The notes under the pieces: model-generated
Database searches by the model: none
What the model saw: the letters and a program-made list of their open reading frames with translations, nothing else
What the model was told of the DNA's origin: nothing
From: Candidatus Helarchaeota archaeon
GTDB taxonomy: Archaea > Asgardarchaeota > Lokiarchaeia > Helarchaeales > RDOG01
Direction: 5' to 3'
DNA length: 19,009 bases
Assembly (NCBI GenBank): GCA_029838215.1
Contig: JALGVI010000058.1
Coordinates: 1-19,009 of the forward strand
Translations under genes and position numbers: made by a program
In this document: piece after piece, positions 1 to 7,690 of the stretch
Layout of the letters: the number at the start of each line of letters is the position of its first letter
Position numbering within the stretch: position 1 is the stretch's first letter

Positions 1-818
1 TTGTGTTTTCCTATAGAACTATTTCGGGCGGCTTGAATTTCTCGAATGCTATCCTTATGTTTTCTAATGAGGTCGCTGAGCAAAGTTACTACTGCAGATT
101 CTCTTATGGCATGTGATTGTTTCTCCAAATTTGAAACGCGAAGATCCGCGCCTGTATAGAAATTCTCTCGCATTTGATCTATTTCTTTTCTATATGTGGT
201 GATTCTTTCATCCAATGTTTCACTGAGTGTCTTTTCTAAATTCCCCGTTTCTGTTTCCAATCGCGTGATTTGCTCCTTGATTTTCTCCAAGAATCTTGCT
301 TGTACTTCATCTAAAATGTCTTTAAACTGTTTCACAAGTGCATCAGTATTTCCCGACAAAGTCCCTTTGACTTGATAGAAATCAGATTCGATTTTTTCGA
401 TTTGGGCATTAAAAGCAGCCGCAATTTCCACGCTAAATACTTCTGCATTCTTTTGAAAGACCGTAATGTTATCTTCAAGCATTCCCTTAATGGATTCTCT
501 TAAATCTTTGGATATATTCGAAAGTGCTTCTTTTAGCGTGTTCGAAGCATCTTCAAGCAAGTTGGTAAGATCACTCAGAGCATCATCAGATTCCTTTCCA
601 ACCTTATCGAAAAGTTCGTTCAAGATCTTGTCTAATTCTTGTTCGTATTCTTCGAATTTCTGTTTTTGATCGTCTATTATGCTCTTTAATTTCAATTCGT
701 CTTTAAATGTCTTAAGCTCGGTGACTTTTTCTTTGATCTCTTGATCCTCAGGACTTAGTGCTTTAGCTCGGTCTGATACGTCTTTAATAAATGTTTCCGT
801 TCTTTTGAGAATCTTTAA
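1..818 (-). CDS. Frameshifted continuation of the TrmB-wHTH/helical-rod gene (3' partial, runs off the window edge)
   Basis: The minus frame with codons starting at 818, 815 ... 5 has no stop for 272 codons. It reads ...TETFIKDVSDRAKALSPEDQEIKEKVTELKTFKDELKLKSIIDDQKQKFEEYEQELDKILNELFDKV..., with the same E/K/L/I-rich amphipathic composition as 784..2295. It is bounded upstream by TAA at 821..819 and has no ATG for more than 100 codons, so it is not a plausible independent gene. Confidence 0.85.
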
Positions 819-2286
819 TTATTCCTTTTAAGTCTTCTTTCTGGGCTTTATTGATTTGATTAATCTTCTCCTTGACTTTTTCCTTGACATTGTCAATGGA
901 CTGCGATATTTCAGTAATGGTCGACTCTGCTGAATTATTTATTTTAGTTTCAACGGTTAGTGAATCTGCCTTGATAGCGGATATCTTCTTGTCCAAATCT
1001 TGTCCTAAAATCTTTTCCAAATCCGTTACAGATTTCAAGGTGCCAAGCTGTGCATCTATTTTAGATTCAAATGTTTGGCGAATGTCTTCTAACATGCTTT
1101 TGAAGCGATTTATTAGATCTCCCGTTATCCCTTTTATACTATCCCCAAAGTGGCTGAAGGTATTTTCTTGATGCTCGATTTCTTTATTAAACACTTCAGC
1201 AGCACGTTCTCGCATGATGGCTGCCCTGGTCTTAAACCATTCAAAGTTAATTTCTTGGGATTTCTTGATCTCTTCCTTCAATTCGGAGTTTTTCTCTTTT
1301 ACTCCCGCTATTTCTGTCTCAATTTGAGCTAGTATTTTCTTCGAGAGATCTTCATACCATGAATCATATTCCCCGAACGTGTTATTCTGGTGTTTATCTA
1401 ATTCCTGAACTAGTTCATCATAATCTGAAAATGTTTCTTTTTGATGATTGTTAAGAATTTCAACTGTCTTCGACACGTACTCCATGTGACTCTTGTCAAG
1501 ATGTTCGTTTAATTTTTGCAGGGATTTATCTGTTTCTTGTTTGGTTTGATCCAGAATTTTTCCTGTAAAGTCATCCAAGACTGAGCCAATGTTCTTTTCT
1601 AGCGTTTTTATGGAGTTTTGGTGGCCCGATGTCGCATCATCTTCGATTTTCTGTGTTCCTTCGGTGATCACGGTATATTTCAAGTCTAAAGCATTTGCTA
1701 ACTCCTTCTCATAGGAATGAAGTGTATTTTCATGGGCTTCAATTTTTTGTTTATATACCGCCGAAGTTTCCTGCTTTCTATTCTCTATGCTCTCGTTCAA
1801 CGTCGTTATGTGCTTGGTTATTACTTGGGAGGTTTTCTCTTTCGCCTTCAATGTTTCTTCGTTGAATTTTGCAATCTGATTATTTACAGCTTCTGCAACG
1901 CCTGTCTTCAACATTAAAACTTCTTTTTTTAACGCATCGATGTGATCTTTAATGTTCTTGTCAAATTCTTCCCGCAAATTCGCAATATTAACTTGGAACG
2001 TATCGAGATATGAAGTAAATGCTGACCACGGAACTGTTGGCATGTAACGCGGAATACCCCTAACTGGTTCAGGAATCTTATTCGCCAATCCTTTCTCTAT
2101 GAACATTTGTAGTGTCTGTCTTGCTTCGTCTAATGACATTCCTGACATGGCAGATATCTTTGAATCGGTCACGTAACCTCTTGCATAAAGACCGACAAAG
2201 GCCTTTGCTTGTGCTTCGTTTAATCCCAAACCATCGACAATTAATTGTATCAAGTTAGGCTTGTCTGACAATTCTTCAATTCCCAT
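784..2286 (-). CDS. N-terminal TrmB-like winged HTH followed by a long alpha-helical/coiled-coil region (5' part of a frameshifted gene)
   Basis: GLGLNEAQAKAFVGLYARGYVTDSKISAMSGMSLDEARQTLQMFIEKGLA...RYMP matches the TrmB wHTH pattern, and the remainder is heptad-like. I prefer the ATG at 2286 over the GTG at 2295: it has GGTGA 9 nt upstream and lies 1 nt after the upstream gene's stop. Confidence 0.8.
   Translation of the reverse strand: MGIEELSDKPNLIQLIVDGLGLNEAQAKAFVGLYARGYVTDSKISAMSGMSLDEARQTLQMFIEKGLANKIPEPVRGIPRYMPTVPWSAFTSYLDTFQVNIANLREEFDKNIKDHIDALKKEVLMLKTGVAEAVNNQIAKFNEETLKAKEKTSQVITKHITTLNESIENRKQETSAVYKQKIEAHENTLHSYEKELANALDLKYTVITEGTQKIEDDATSGHQNSIKTLEKNIGSVLDDFTGKILDQTKQETDKSLQKLNEHLDKSHMEYVSKTVEILNNHQKETFSDYDELVQELDKHQNNTFGEYDSWYEDLSKKILAQIETEIAGVKEKNSELKEEIKKSQEINFEWFKTRAAIMRERAAEVFNKEIEHQENTFSHFGDSIKGITGDLINRFKSMLEDIRQTFESKIDAQLGTLKSVTDLEKILGQDLDKKISAIKADSLTVETKINNSAESTITEISQSIDNVKEKVKEKINQINKAQKEDLKGIIKDSQKNGNIY
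1345..1446 (-). repeat. Diverged 54-bp (18-aa) internal tandem duplication
   Basis: HQKETFSDYDELVQEL and HQNNTFGEYDSWYEDL share HQxxTFxxYDxxxxxL at exactly 18-residue spacing. The His codons are at 1446 and 1392. Confidence 0.6.
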
Positions 2287-2287
2287 A

Positions 2288-4156
2288 TTATCCACTCACC
2301 TGAATCTTTTTTGCAAATTGATCCGTTAACTTTTCTCCAAAGGCAGGTTGGTCCGTATCCGAGAATTTGGCAACGGCATCGTCCAGCAATGACTTTGCCT
2401 TATTCATGTCTCCTGCTTTCATGTATTCCTCGATCATTCGTGCCGTAAATTGCCAAGAGTAAAAATATTCTTTTTTATCAAAAAATAACTGCTTTGCCTT
2501 CTCAAGAACGGCAAGAGATTTTCCTGTTTCTCCAATGTCGATATATGTTCTTTCAGCTCGCGTGAAGTTGGCTCTCGCAAGAGCATAATCACCGGAGTCG
2601 ATGCTTGAAAGGGCTTTACTTTCACTATTCTCCGCAATTTGGAGTTTTAACTCTTTAATCTTGTCGGCATTTTCTAACATTTCGTATGCTTCAACCGCCT
2701 TGATCAACATGTCTCGGGCATAATCTCCCTGTTCTTTTTCTTTAAAAACCTTGACGGCATCTTCTAAGATGGCGGCACTTTTCTCTAATTCATTAACCTT
2801 TACAAAGCTATCCGCCGCGATAGTGATGTACTTAAAAGCCTCTGCAAAATAATCATATGTTTGCAAGTAAAAGATCCCGACACGCTCATATCCTCGTGCG
2901 ATCGTTTCAATTGGCGTTACAAGACCTGCGGTTATCGAATCTTTACGCAATTTTTCAAGCTCATTAAAAAGATTCGTGTCCACTATTCTTCCATTTTCAG
3001 CGTCGTGTTCTGCAATGGTCACGAGACTTCTTGCTTGAGCCGAGATTGCAATATCACCCATGCTATTTCGCAAGAACTCCCAAAATGCACTCGAAGAAAA
3101 ATAATAATTCTCTCCTTCATTTTGGATCAAGTGCTTTTCGGCTAATTCATTCAAAGTGCTCAAAACGGTTTCACGCTCGATTCCCGTGGCTCTCACCAAC
3201 ATGTCCACATCCGCAAAATTTACAGGCTCCATTGCAAATGCTTGGAGGAGAGCACGCGTTTCATCAGATAATCCTTCTAATTCCTGTGCAAATCCTTCTT
3301 TAACCTGAGCTTCTACTTCATTCCACTCGGTCAAGCCTATTTCTCGCTTCCCGGTTTTTTCGCACAACATGTTCGTGTTATACAATATCAATTCGGGAAT
3401 ACCCTGTGAACTTTCGAAGATTTTTTTTCTGACTTCTTCCGAAATGTTGACCGCCGCTTGGATTTCTCTTTTATTTAGCATCTCATTTGCGACTGCTGCC
3501 GTAATCTTGGGTATTCCTAATGTTTCAAAATTGGAGAGAGAAAATTTGATTTTTGGTGCATACCTGTCATCTCCTACCAATACAAAATAGATGGGCAGAG
3601 GATCGGGTATCTTCGGTGTTGTTTCTTCAAAAGCTTGAGTAATTTTATTGAAAATATCAAAAGCAACTTCATTTGCTAAAAATATAAATCGCTCAACTCT
3701 GTCTACAAAAATAACTATTCCCTTTTTCCCTTGTTTTTGTAATAATTTTCTCATTTTTATGATTTTTTTATTAAATTTCAAGATGAAATTTTTTGTGTAT
3801 GTTTCTTCATCTTGGATTTCGTAACTTCTTTTTATTAAAGGACAGTTCTTCCCCAATTTAGGAGGCTTCCCAGTCGATTTTTTTGGTTTAAAAATATTTA
3901 ATACATCAGGTATGAGCAAATCAAAGAAGGCTTCAGAATTTATCAGTGGTACATCGTAACTCAAGGTCATATAACCTATGGTAACTGCAGATTTCATGCA
4001 TTGTTCCACGAGACTGGTTTTTCCAATTCCTGGGCGTCCGTGAATGAAAATGCTCTTTTTTTTCGTCTCAAGGATGTCTTTAAACAATTGCAATTCTCTT
4101 TGCCGATCGACGAAAAAACTTCCAGCTGGTTTATAATAATTAAATGCATCAATCAT
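2288..4156 (-). CDS. STAND-like/archaeal-type P-loop ATPase with GxP helical domain, winged helix and TPR/alpha-SNAP-like C-terminal repeats
   Basis: It has an FVDRQREL start motif, Walker A GRPGIGKTS, Walker B-like VIFVDRVE, SQGIP (GxP) and a wHTH (LSDETRALL...LNELAEKHLI...YYF). The C-terminus is Ala/Tyr-periodic helical repeats (AEAFKYITIAADSF...ARDMLIKAVEAY). SD AGGAGATGA precedes the ATG. Confidence 0.8.
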   Translation of the reverse strand: MIDAFNYYKPAGSFFVDRQRELQLFKDILETKKKSIFIHGRPGIGKTSLVEQCMKSAVTIGYMTLSYDVPLINSEAFFDLLIPDVLNIFKPKKSTGKPPKLGKNCPLIKRSYEIQDEETYTKNFILKFNKKIIKMRKLLQKQGKKGIVIFVDRVERFIFLANEVAFDIFNKITQAFEETTPKIPDPLPIYFVLVGDDRYAPKIKFSLSNFETLGIPKITAAVANEMLNKREIQAAVNISEEVRKKIFESSQGIPELILYNTNMLCEKTGKREIGLTEWNEVEAQVKEGFAQELEGLSDETRALLQAFAMEPVNFADVDMLVRATGIERETVLSTLNELAEKHLIQNEGENYYFSSSAFWEFLRNSMGDIAISAQARSLVTIAEHDAENGRIVDTNLFNELEKLRKDSITAGLVTPIETIARGYERVGIFYLQTYDYFAEAFKYITIAADSFVKVNELEKSAAILEDAVKVFKEKEQGDYARDMLIKAVEAYEMLENADKIKELKLQIAENSESKALSSIDSGDYALARANFTRAERTYIDIGETGKSLAVLEKAKQLFFDKKEYFYSWQFTARMIEEYMKAGDMNKAKSLLDDAVAKFSDTDQPAFGEKLTDQFAKKIQVSG

Positions 4157-4488
4157 GAGTTCATCTCCTTCTATTCATCCATTATTTCTATTTCTTTGAA
4201 TTTTCGCCCCAATACGCTCAAAACACGCATTGTTTCAATGTCGATAATTTTTCGCAATATTTGTCTTGTAAAAATTTAACGTTAATTATTTATAAAAAAC
4301 ACTCTTCTAATTTATCCTTATCAGAGATCAAACAAAGCTTATTCTCATGCATGCCGTCCTTCATAAAGGAGGATCATGGAAAGAATTTATTATGATAGAT
4401 TACAATTAAGGTAGAGGCTTGTCAAACCACAAAAGTTTCTGCCAAAAAAAACGCAAACACCTTAAATTAAGGCAAAACTTGAAAGAAA

Positions 4489-4962
4489 TCATCGCCTTCG
4501 TTTTGAGAATAGAGCTTTTAATTCTGAATTTATTGCTGACCTAGCACTCATCCCTGACATTGGTCGAGGCTTGGGTGCAGGTGGTTTCGGTGCTGGTGGC
4601 GGTGCCACAGGTGCTCGGGGTGCTCCTTGTCCCTGTACCGCGGGTGCCTGAGGGGCAGGACTCAAAGGCTTCATTGGAGCTCCTCCTCCCCCTACCGGAG
4701 CTGGAGCTGCAACTACTCCTGAAGCAACACGCTGCTTAAGCGTGCTCACTTCTCCTGTTAAAGAGGCAAGGCTGTTTGTCACTGAAGTAATGCTATTCAT
4801 GCAATCCGTAAGACTGCCTTCTATTGCCGAGATCCTATTACCAAGGTCATCTATAGCACTCACTACTATGCTCATCACTCGCGTTAGAATTTCTGATATT
4901 TCGTCCAAACGCTTTTCGATGGGCTCACCGCGAATACTATCCATAAAATCGCCAAACTCCAT
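4489..4962 (-). CDS. Small protein: N-terminal coiled coil, Pro/Ala/Gly-rich linker, C-terminal amphipathic basic helix (candidate actin-binding motif)
   Basis: Heptads ISAIEGSLTDCMNSITSVTNSLASLTGEVSTLKQRV, linker APPPAPKPPAPKPRP, end SARSAINSELKALFSKRRR. A GGAG SD-like motif lies upstream. The function is inferred. Confidence 0.8.
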   Translation of the reverse strand: MEFGDFMDSIRGEPIEKRLDEISEILTRVMSIVVSAIDDLGNRISAIEGSLTDCMNSITSVTNSLASLTGEVSTLKQRVASGVVAAPAPVGGGGAPMKPLSPAPQAPAVQGQGAPRAPVAPPPAPKPPAPKPRPMSGMSARSAINSELKALFSKRRR

Positions 4963-5059
4963 ATAACCAGCTCCTATTCGTTTAAAAATTTATCATTAAT
5001 CTTATAATTTGTTCGTTATATCTTATAAAAATATAAATCTATAAATCTTATTTGGATAA

Positions 5060-5677
5060 TTATTTTTGCATCTCAATAATTTTTTCCAATTCTTTAATCC
5101 TTTGATCTTTTGTCTTCAATTTTTGTTGCCAAGTCGCTTCAAGTTTCTTGAATCGTTCTTCGTTTTCTTGCATTTCTTCATATTTTTTCTTCCAAGGCTT
5201 TAATTCTTCGATGTCTTGAAGCAATTTTTCAATTTCTTGTTGTTTTTCGGTAATGGTCTTTTCCTTTTCTTCAATTTCTTTTTTCAGGTCATCACACTTG
5301 GTGTTCAACTCTTTAATTTGCGCGTCCAATTCCTCAATTCGTTTTTCCTTTTTTTCACACATTAACTTGTAGTTGACATCCGGTTCCAGTTGGTATTTTG
5401 CTTCTAGCTCCTTAATTGCTTCTAATTTCTCGCGCATGACCTTTTTAACATTTCGCACGTGTTTTTCTCTTTCTTCTTGCAATTGTTTTTTTAATTCTTC
5501 TATTTCTTCTTGGAGTTCCTGTCTTTCTTCCGCGGATACAGATCCAGATTCTTCAATCTGTCCTCCAGAACCTTCCAATCGAACTTGCAGGTCGATAATC
5601 CTTTTCTGAAGTTCTAAAATATTCGCTTGCTGGATCAATATGCGTTCATCTTTGTTCTCGTCTTCCACTGTTGCCAC
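5060..5677 (-). CDS. About 205-aa coiled-coil rod protein
   Basis: Near-continuous E/K/Q/L/I heptads. The first 49 codons of the tracked ORF (from 5824) overlap fdhD on the other strand and are compositionally different, so the start is more likely the GTG at 5677 (or 5668). Confidence 0.75.
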   Translation of the reverse strand: MATVEDENKDERILIQQANILELQKRIIDLQVRLEGSGGQIEESGSVSAEERQELQEEIEELKKQLQEEREKHVRNVKKVMREKLEAIKELEAKYQLEPDVNYKLMCEKKEKRIEELDAQIKELNTKCDDLKKEIEEKEKTITEKQQEIEKLLQDIEELKPWKKKYEEMQENEERFKKLEATWQQKLKTKDQRIKELEKIIEMQK

Positions 5678-5762
5678 CGAAAAATTTCGAGAGATATTAT
5701 TTTTTTCCTGACCAGCTCTAATTAAAGTATTGCCTAATCTAAATAAGAAATCGGTGCAAGAC

Positions 5763-6524
5763 ATGGTGAATAACTCAACTGAGTTCCGTGAATTAGTTAT
5801 TGAAAAGCATGACGTCACTCGCATTCATAAAAAAGAGTACTCAAGATCTAAAGCGGACATTGCAAAGGAAAAAACCAGCAGGCTGATGATAAATGATGAA
5901 ATAGTCATTAAACAGACATACACGCCAAAAAACATCAAGGAAATGGTCATTGGCTTCCTTATAAGTGAGGGTTTTATTCAAAAATCCACGGAACTCAAAT
6001 CTCTTGAAATTCATGAAGATCAAATATCCATTCAAGTCGAAAAATCTACGTCTAATCTTAAAAAAACTCAAGAAATGAGACTTCGGCCCGATCCGCAACC
6101 GATACAGGTTCATTCGGACTTGATGATTGATGTAGCGACGATATTCAAGGCACAAGATTATCTAAATGACAATTGCAAGTTATGGAAACTAACAGGGGGA
6201 ACTCATGCTGCTTGTATTGTAAACGAAATGGGCAAAATCATCGCGCTAAATGAAGACATCGGAAGGCATAATGCATTCGATAAAGCCATTGGACATATCT
6301 ACTTGAATGATATGGATCCTTCCAAATTATTTATTGTTTCAACGTCCCGTCAATCTGCGAGCATGGTCCTGAAGGTCATTCGTGCAAGAATTCCCATCAT
6401 CATCTCGAATGCTGCTCCACTGAGTCATGGCTTGTATCTGGCAGCAAAATATAACGTGACTCTAGTTGGGTTTGCTCGATATCCATCTCTAACAATTTAC
6501 ACGCATCCCGAAAGAATACTATAA
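5763..6524 (+). CDS. fdhD: FdhD/NarQ-family formate dehydrogenase accessory (Mo-bisPGD carrier) protein
   Basis: Motifs TPKNIKEMVIGFLISEGFI, TGGTHAA, EDIGRHNAFDKAIG, STSRQSASMVLK and NVTLVGFAR. I prefer the ATG at 5763, which has GGTG upstream, over the TTG at 5730. Confidence 0.9.
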   Translation: MVNNSTEFRELVIEKHDVTRIHKKEYSRSKADIAKEKTSRLMINDEIVIKQTYTPKNIKEMVIGFLISEGFIQKSTELKSLEIHEDQISIQVEKSTSNLKKTQEMRLRPDPQPIQVHSDLMIDVATIFKAQDYLNDNCKLWKLTGGTHAACIVNEMGKIIALNEDIGRHNAFDKAIGHIYLNDMDPSKLFIVSTSRQSASMVLKVIRARIPIIISNAAPLSHGLYLAAKYNVTLVGFARYPSLTIYTHPERIL

Positions 6525-6538
6525 ATAAATAAAAGCCG

Positions 6539-6548
6539 ATTTTTTTTT
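6539..6548 (+). terminator. Oligo-T tract after fdhD (possible archaeal terminator)
   Basis: A run of about 10 T lies 15 nt after the fdhD stop. Oligo-T termination is established in archaea; activity here is untested. Confidence 0.35.
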
Positions 6549-6563
6549 ATCCGGTGAAGAAAC

Positions 6564-7073
6564 GTGTCGAAGTCAAATCCATTGTTGGGAACAGAGGTCA
6601 AGGTAAACCAATTTCGAAATGCGATCTATGAATTAGTGAAATTATTGCGAACCGAAAAACAAATGGACGATTCTCAGCTCATAAACGAACTAAAAGGCAT
6701 GGGATATTCCATATTTGAAACCTATCAACATTTTTGGAAGCCAAGTGGGGCTGAACCACTCGAAATCATTCAAGAAATTCATGCATTCATCTTTAGGAAA
6801 AAAGCAAAGCCTGAATACATCGAGCCCGAGCACTCCCCTTCTAAAAGCGGCATTAGAGTCATTGATCGCAAGTGCTGTTTTTGCAAGTACGAACGACCCG
6901 ATGTAGGACGAATAGCGGGCTGTAACATTACAAACGCAATTGTCGAGAAATATTTTGAATTATTGCACGAAAAAGATCCAAGCATTCCATTAGTCGATGG
7001 TAGGGTCGTGAGTAGCAAGACCTTTGGTGATAAACATTGCATCCATATTTACGACATTATGGAGGAGCCATGA
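6564..7073 (+). CDS. V4R/Bet3 (TRAPPC3)-like protein A, Cys-rich
   Basis: LKGMGYSI resembles the Bet3 LxxMGYxIG helix. It is followed by EIIQEIHAFIF, CCFC, AGCNITNAIVE and the V4R-type ending SKTFGDKHCIHIY. The GTG start has GGTGA at 6553-6557. Confidence 0.65.
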   Translation: MSKSNPLLGTEVKVNQFRNAIYELVKLLRTEKQMDDSQLINELKGMGYSIFETYQHFWKPSGAEPLEIIQEIHAFIFRKKAKPEYIEPEHSPSKSGIRVIDRKCCFCKYERPDVGRIAGCNITNAIVEKYFELLHEKDPSIPLVDGRVVSSKTFGDKHCIHIYDIMEEP

Positions 7074-7652
7074 ATGGTTGGAAAAGTCGCCACGAAATTG
7101 ATATCTTCATTCAGTCGAAACATCGAAACCGTATTTTTCATGTTGCTTTACAGGGAAATCACCGAACGGGTCTTGAACTATTTTCCTGATAAACAAGAAG
7201 AATTTTTAAAACAATTTGGGAGAGAAGGCGCGCGACGAAGCTGTGACAGGCACAAAACCGTCCTAAAATTTGCTCCCGAGGTCACCGATCCTGAAAAAGT
7301 CAAGGAAATGGTTGAGTTTCTTTGGCTCGTTGCCTTCGGAAGATCCCCCACTCTCGACTATTCCATCGAGAACGAGCAGGATTATTTCATTGTAACGCTG
7401 TGGATTGATGAATGTCCTGTCTGTTCAGGCTTGCCAAGAGAAGATTTAAAAGCCAAATCTTTGGACATTTTTAAGAACAAATCGGATGGATATGCTTGCA
7501 TCCTAACGGGATTGATCGAAGGTGCAGCCAAATTCTTGCTCGATCTTCAAGGACGTTCCGAACAAATTAAAATTACAGAATCCAAATGCATGCTGGACGG
7601 ACACGAAAAAATGGAAATTAAAGTAAAATTTGGCAAAAACATTGATAAATAA
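7074..7652 (+). CDS. V4R/Bet3 (TRAPPC3)-like protein B
   Basis: FFMLLYREIT, FLKQFGREGARR, EFLWLVAFG, ECPVC, YACILTGLIEGA (cf. Bet3 YSNxLCGVLRGALE) and IKITESKC...MEIKVKF. The ATG directly follows gene A's TGA, with a GGAGG SD. Confidence 0.75.
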   Translation: MVGKVATKLISSFSRNIETVFFMLLYREITERVLNYFPDKQEEFLKQFGREGARRSCDRHKTVLKFAPEVTDPEKVKEMVEFLWLVAFGRSPTLDYSIENEQDYFIVTLWIDECPVCSGLPREDLKAKSLDIFKNKSDGYACILTGLIEGAAKFLLDLQGRSEQIKITESKCMLDGHEKMEIKVKFGKNIDK

Positions 7653-7690
7653 CGTGCGATATCATATTTTAAGGACCGAGGTTTGATAAG

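Noticed and set aside
2288-4156. NSF + alpha-SNAP fusion (proto-SNARE disassembly machine)
   Set aside because: The ATPase has STAND-type GxP and wHTH features and a single module, not the classical tandem AAA of NSF. TPR-like repeats alone do not establish SNAP homology.
4376-4414. 12-aa plus-strand micro-ORF MERIYYDRLQLR behind AGGAGG in a small hairpin
   Set aside because: The SD is only 3 nt from the ATG, the stem is 5 bp and the ORF is very short, so it is compatible with chance.
5678-5824. N-terminal 49 codons of tracked ORF 5060..5824
   Set aside because: They overlap fdhD in antisense, cover the divergent promoter region and lack the coiled-coil composition. A later GTG start is more plausible.
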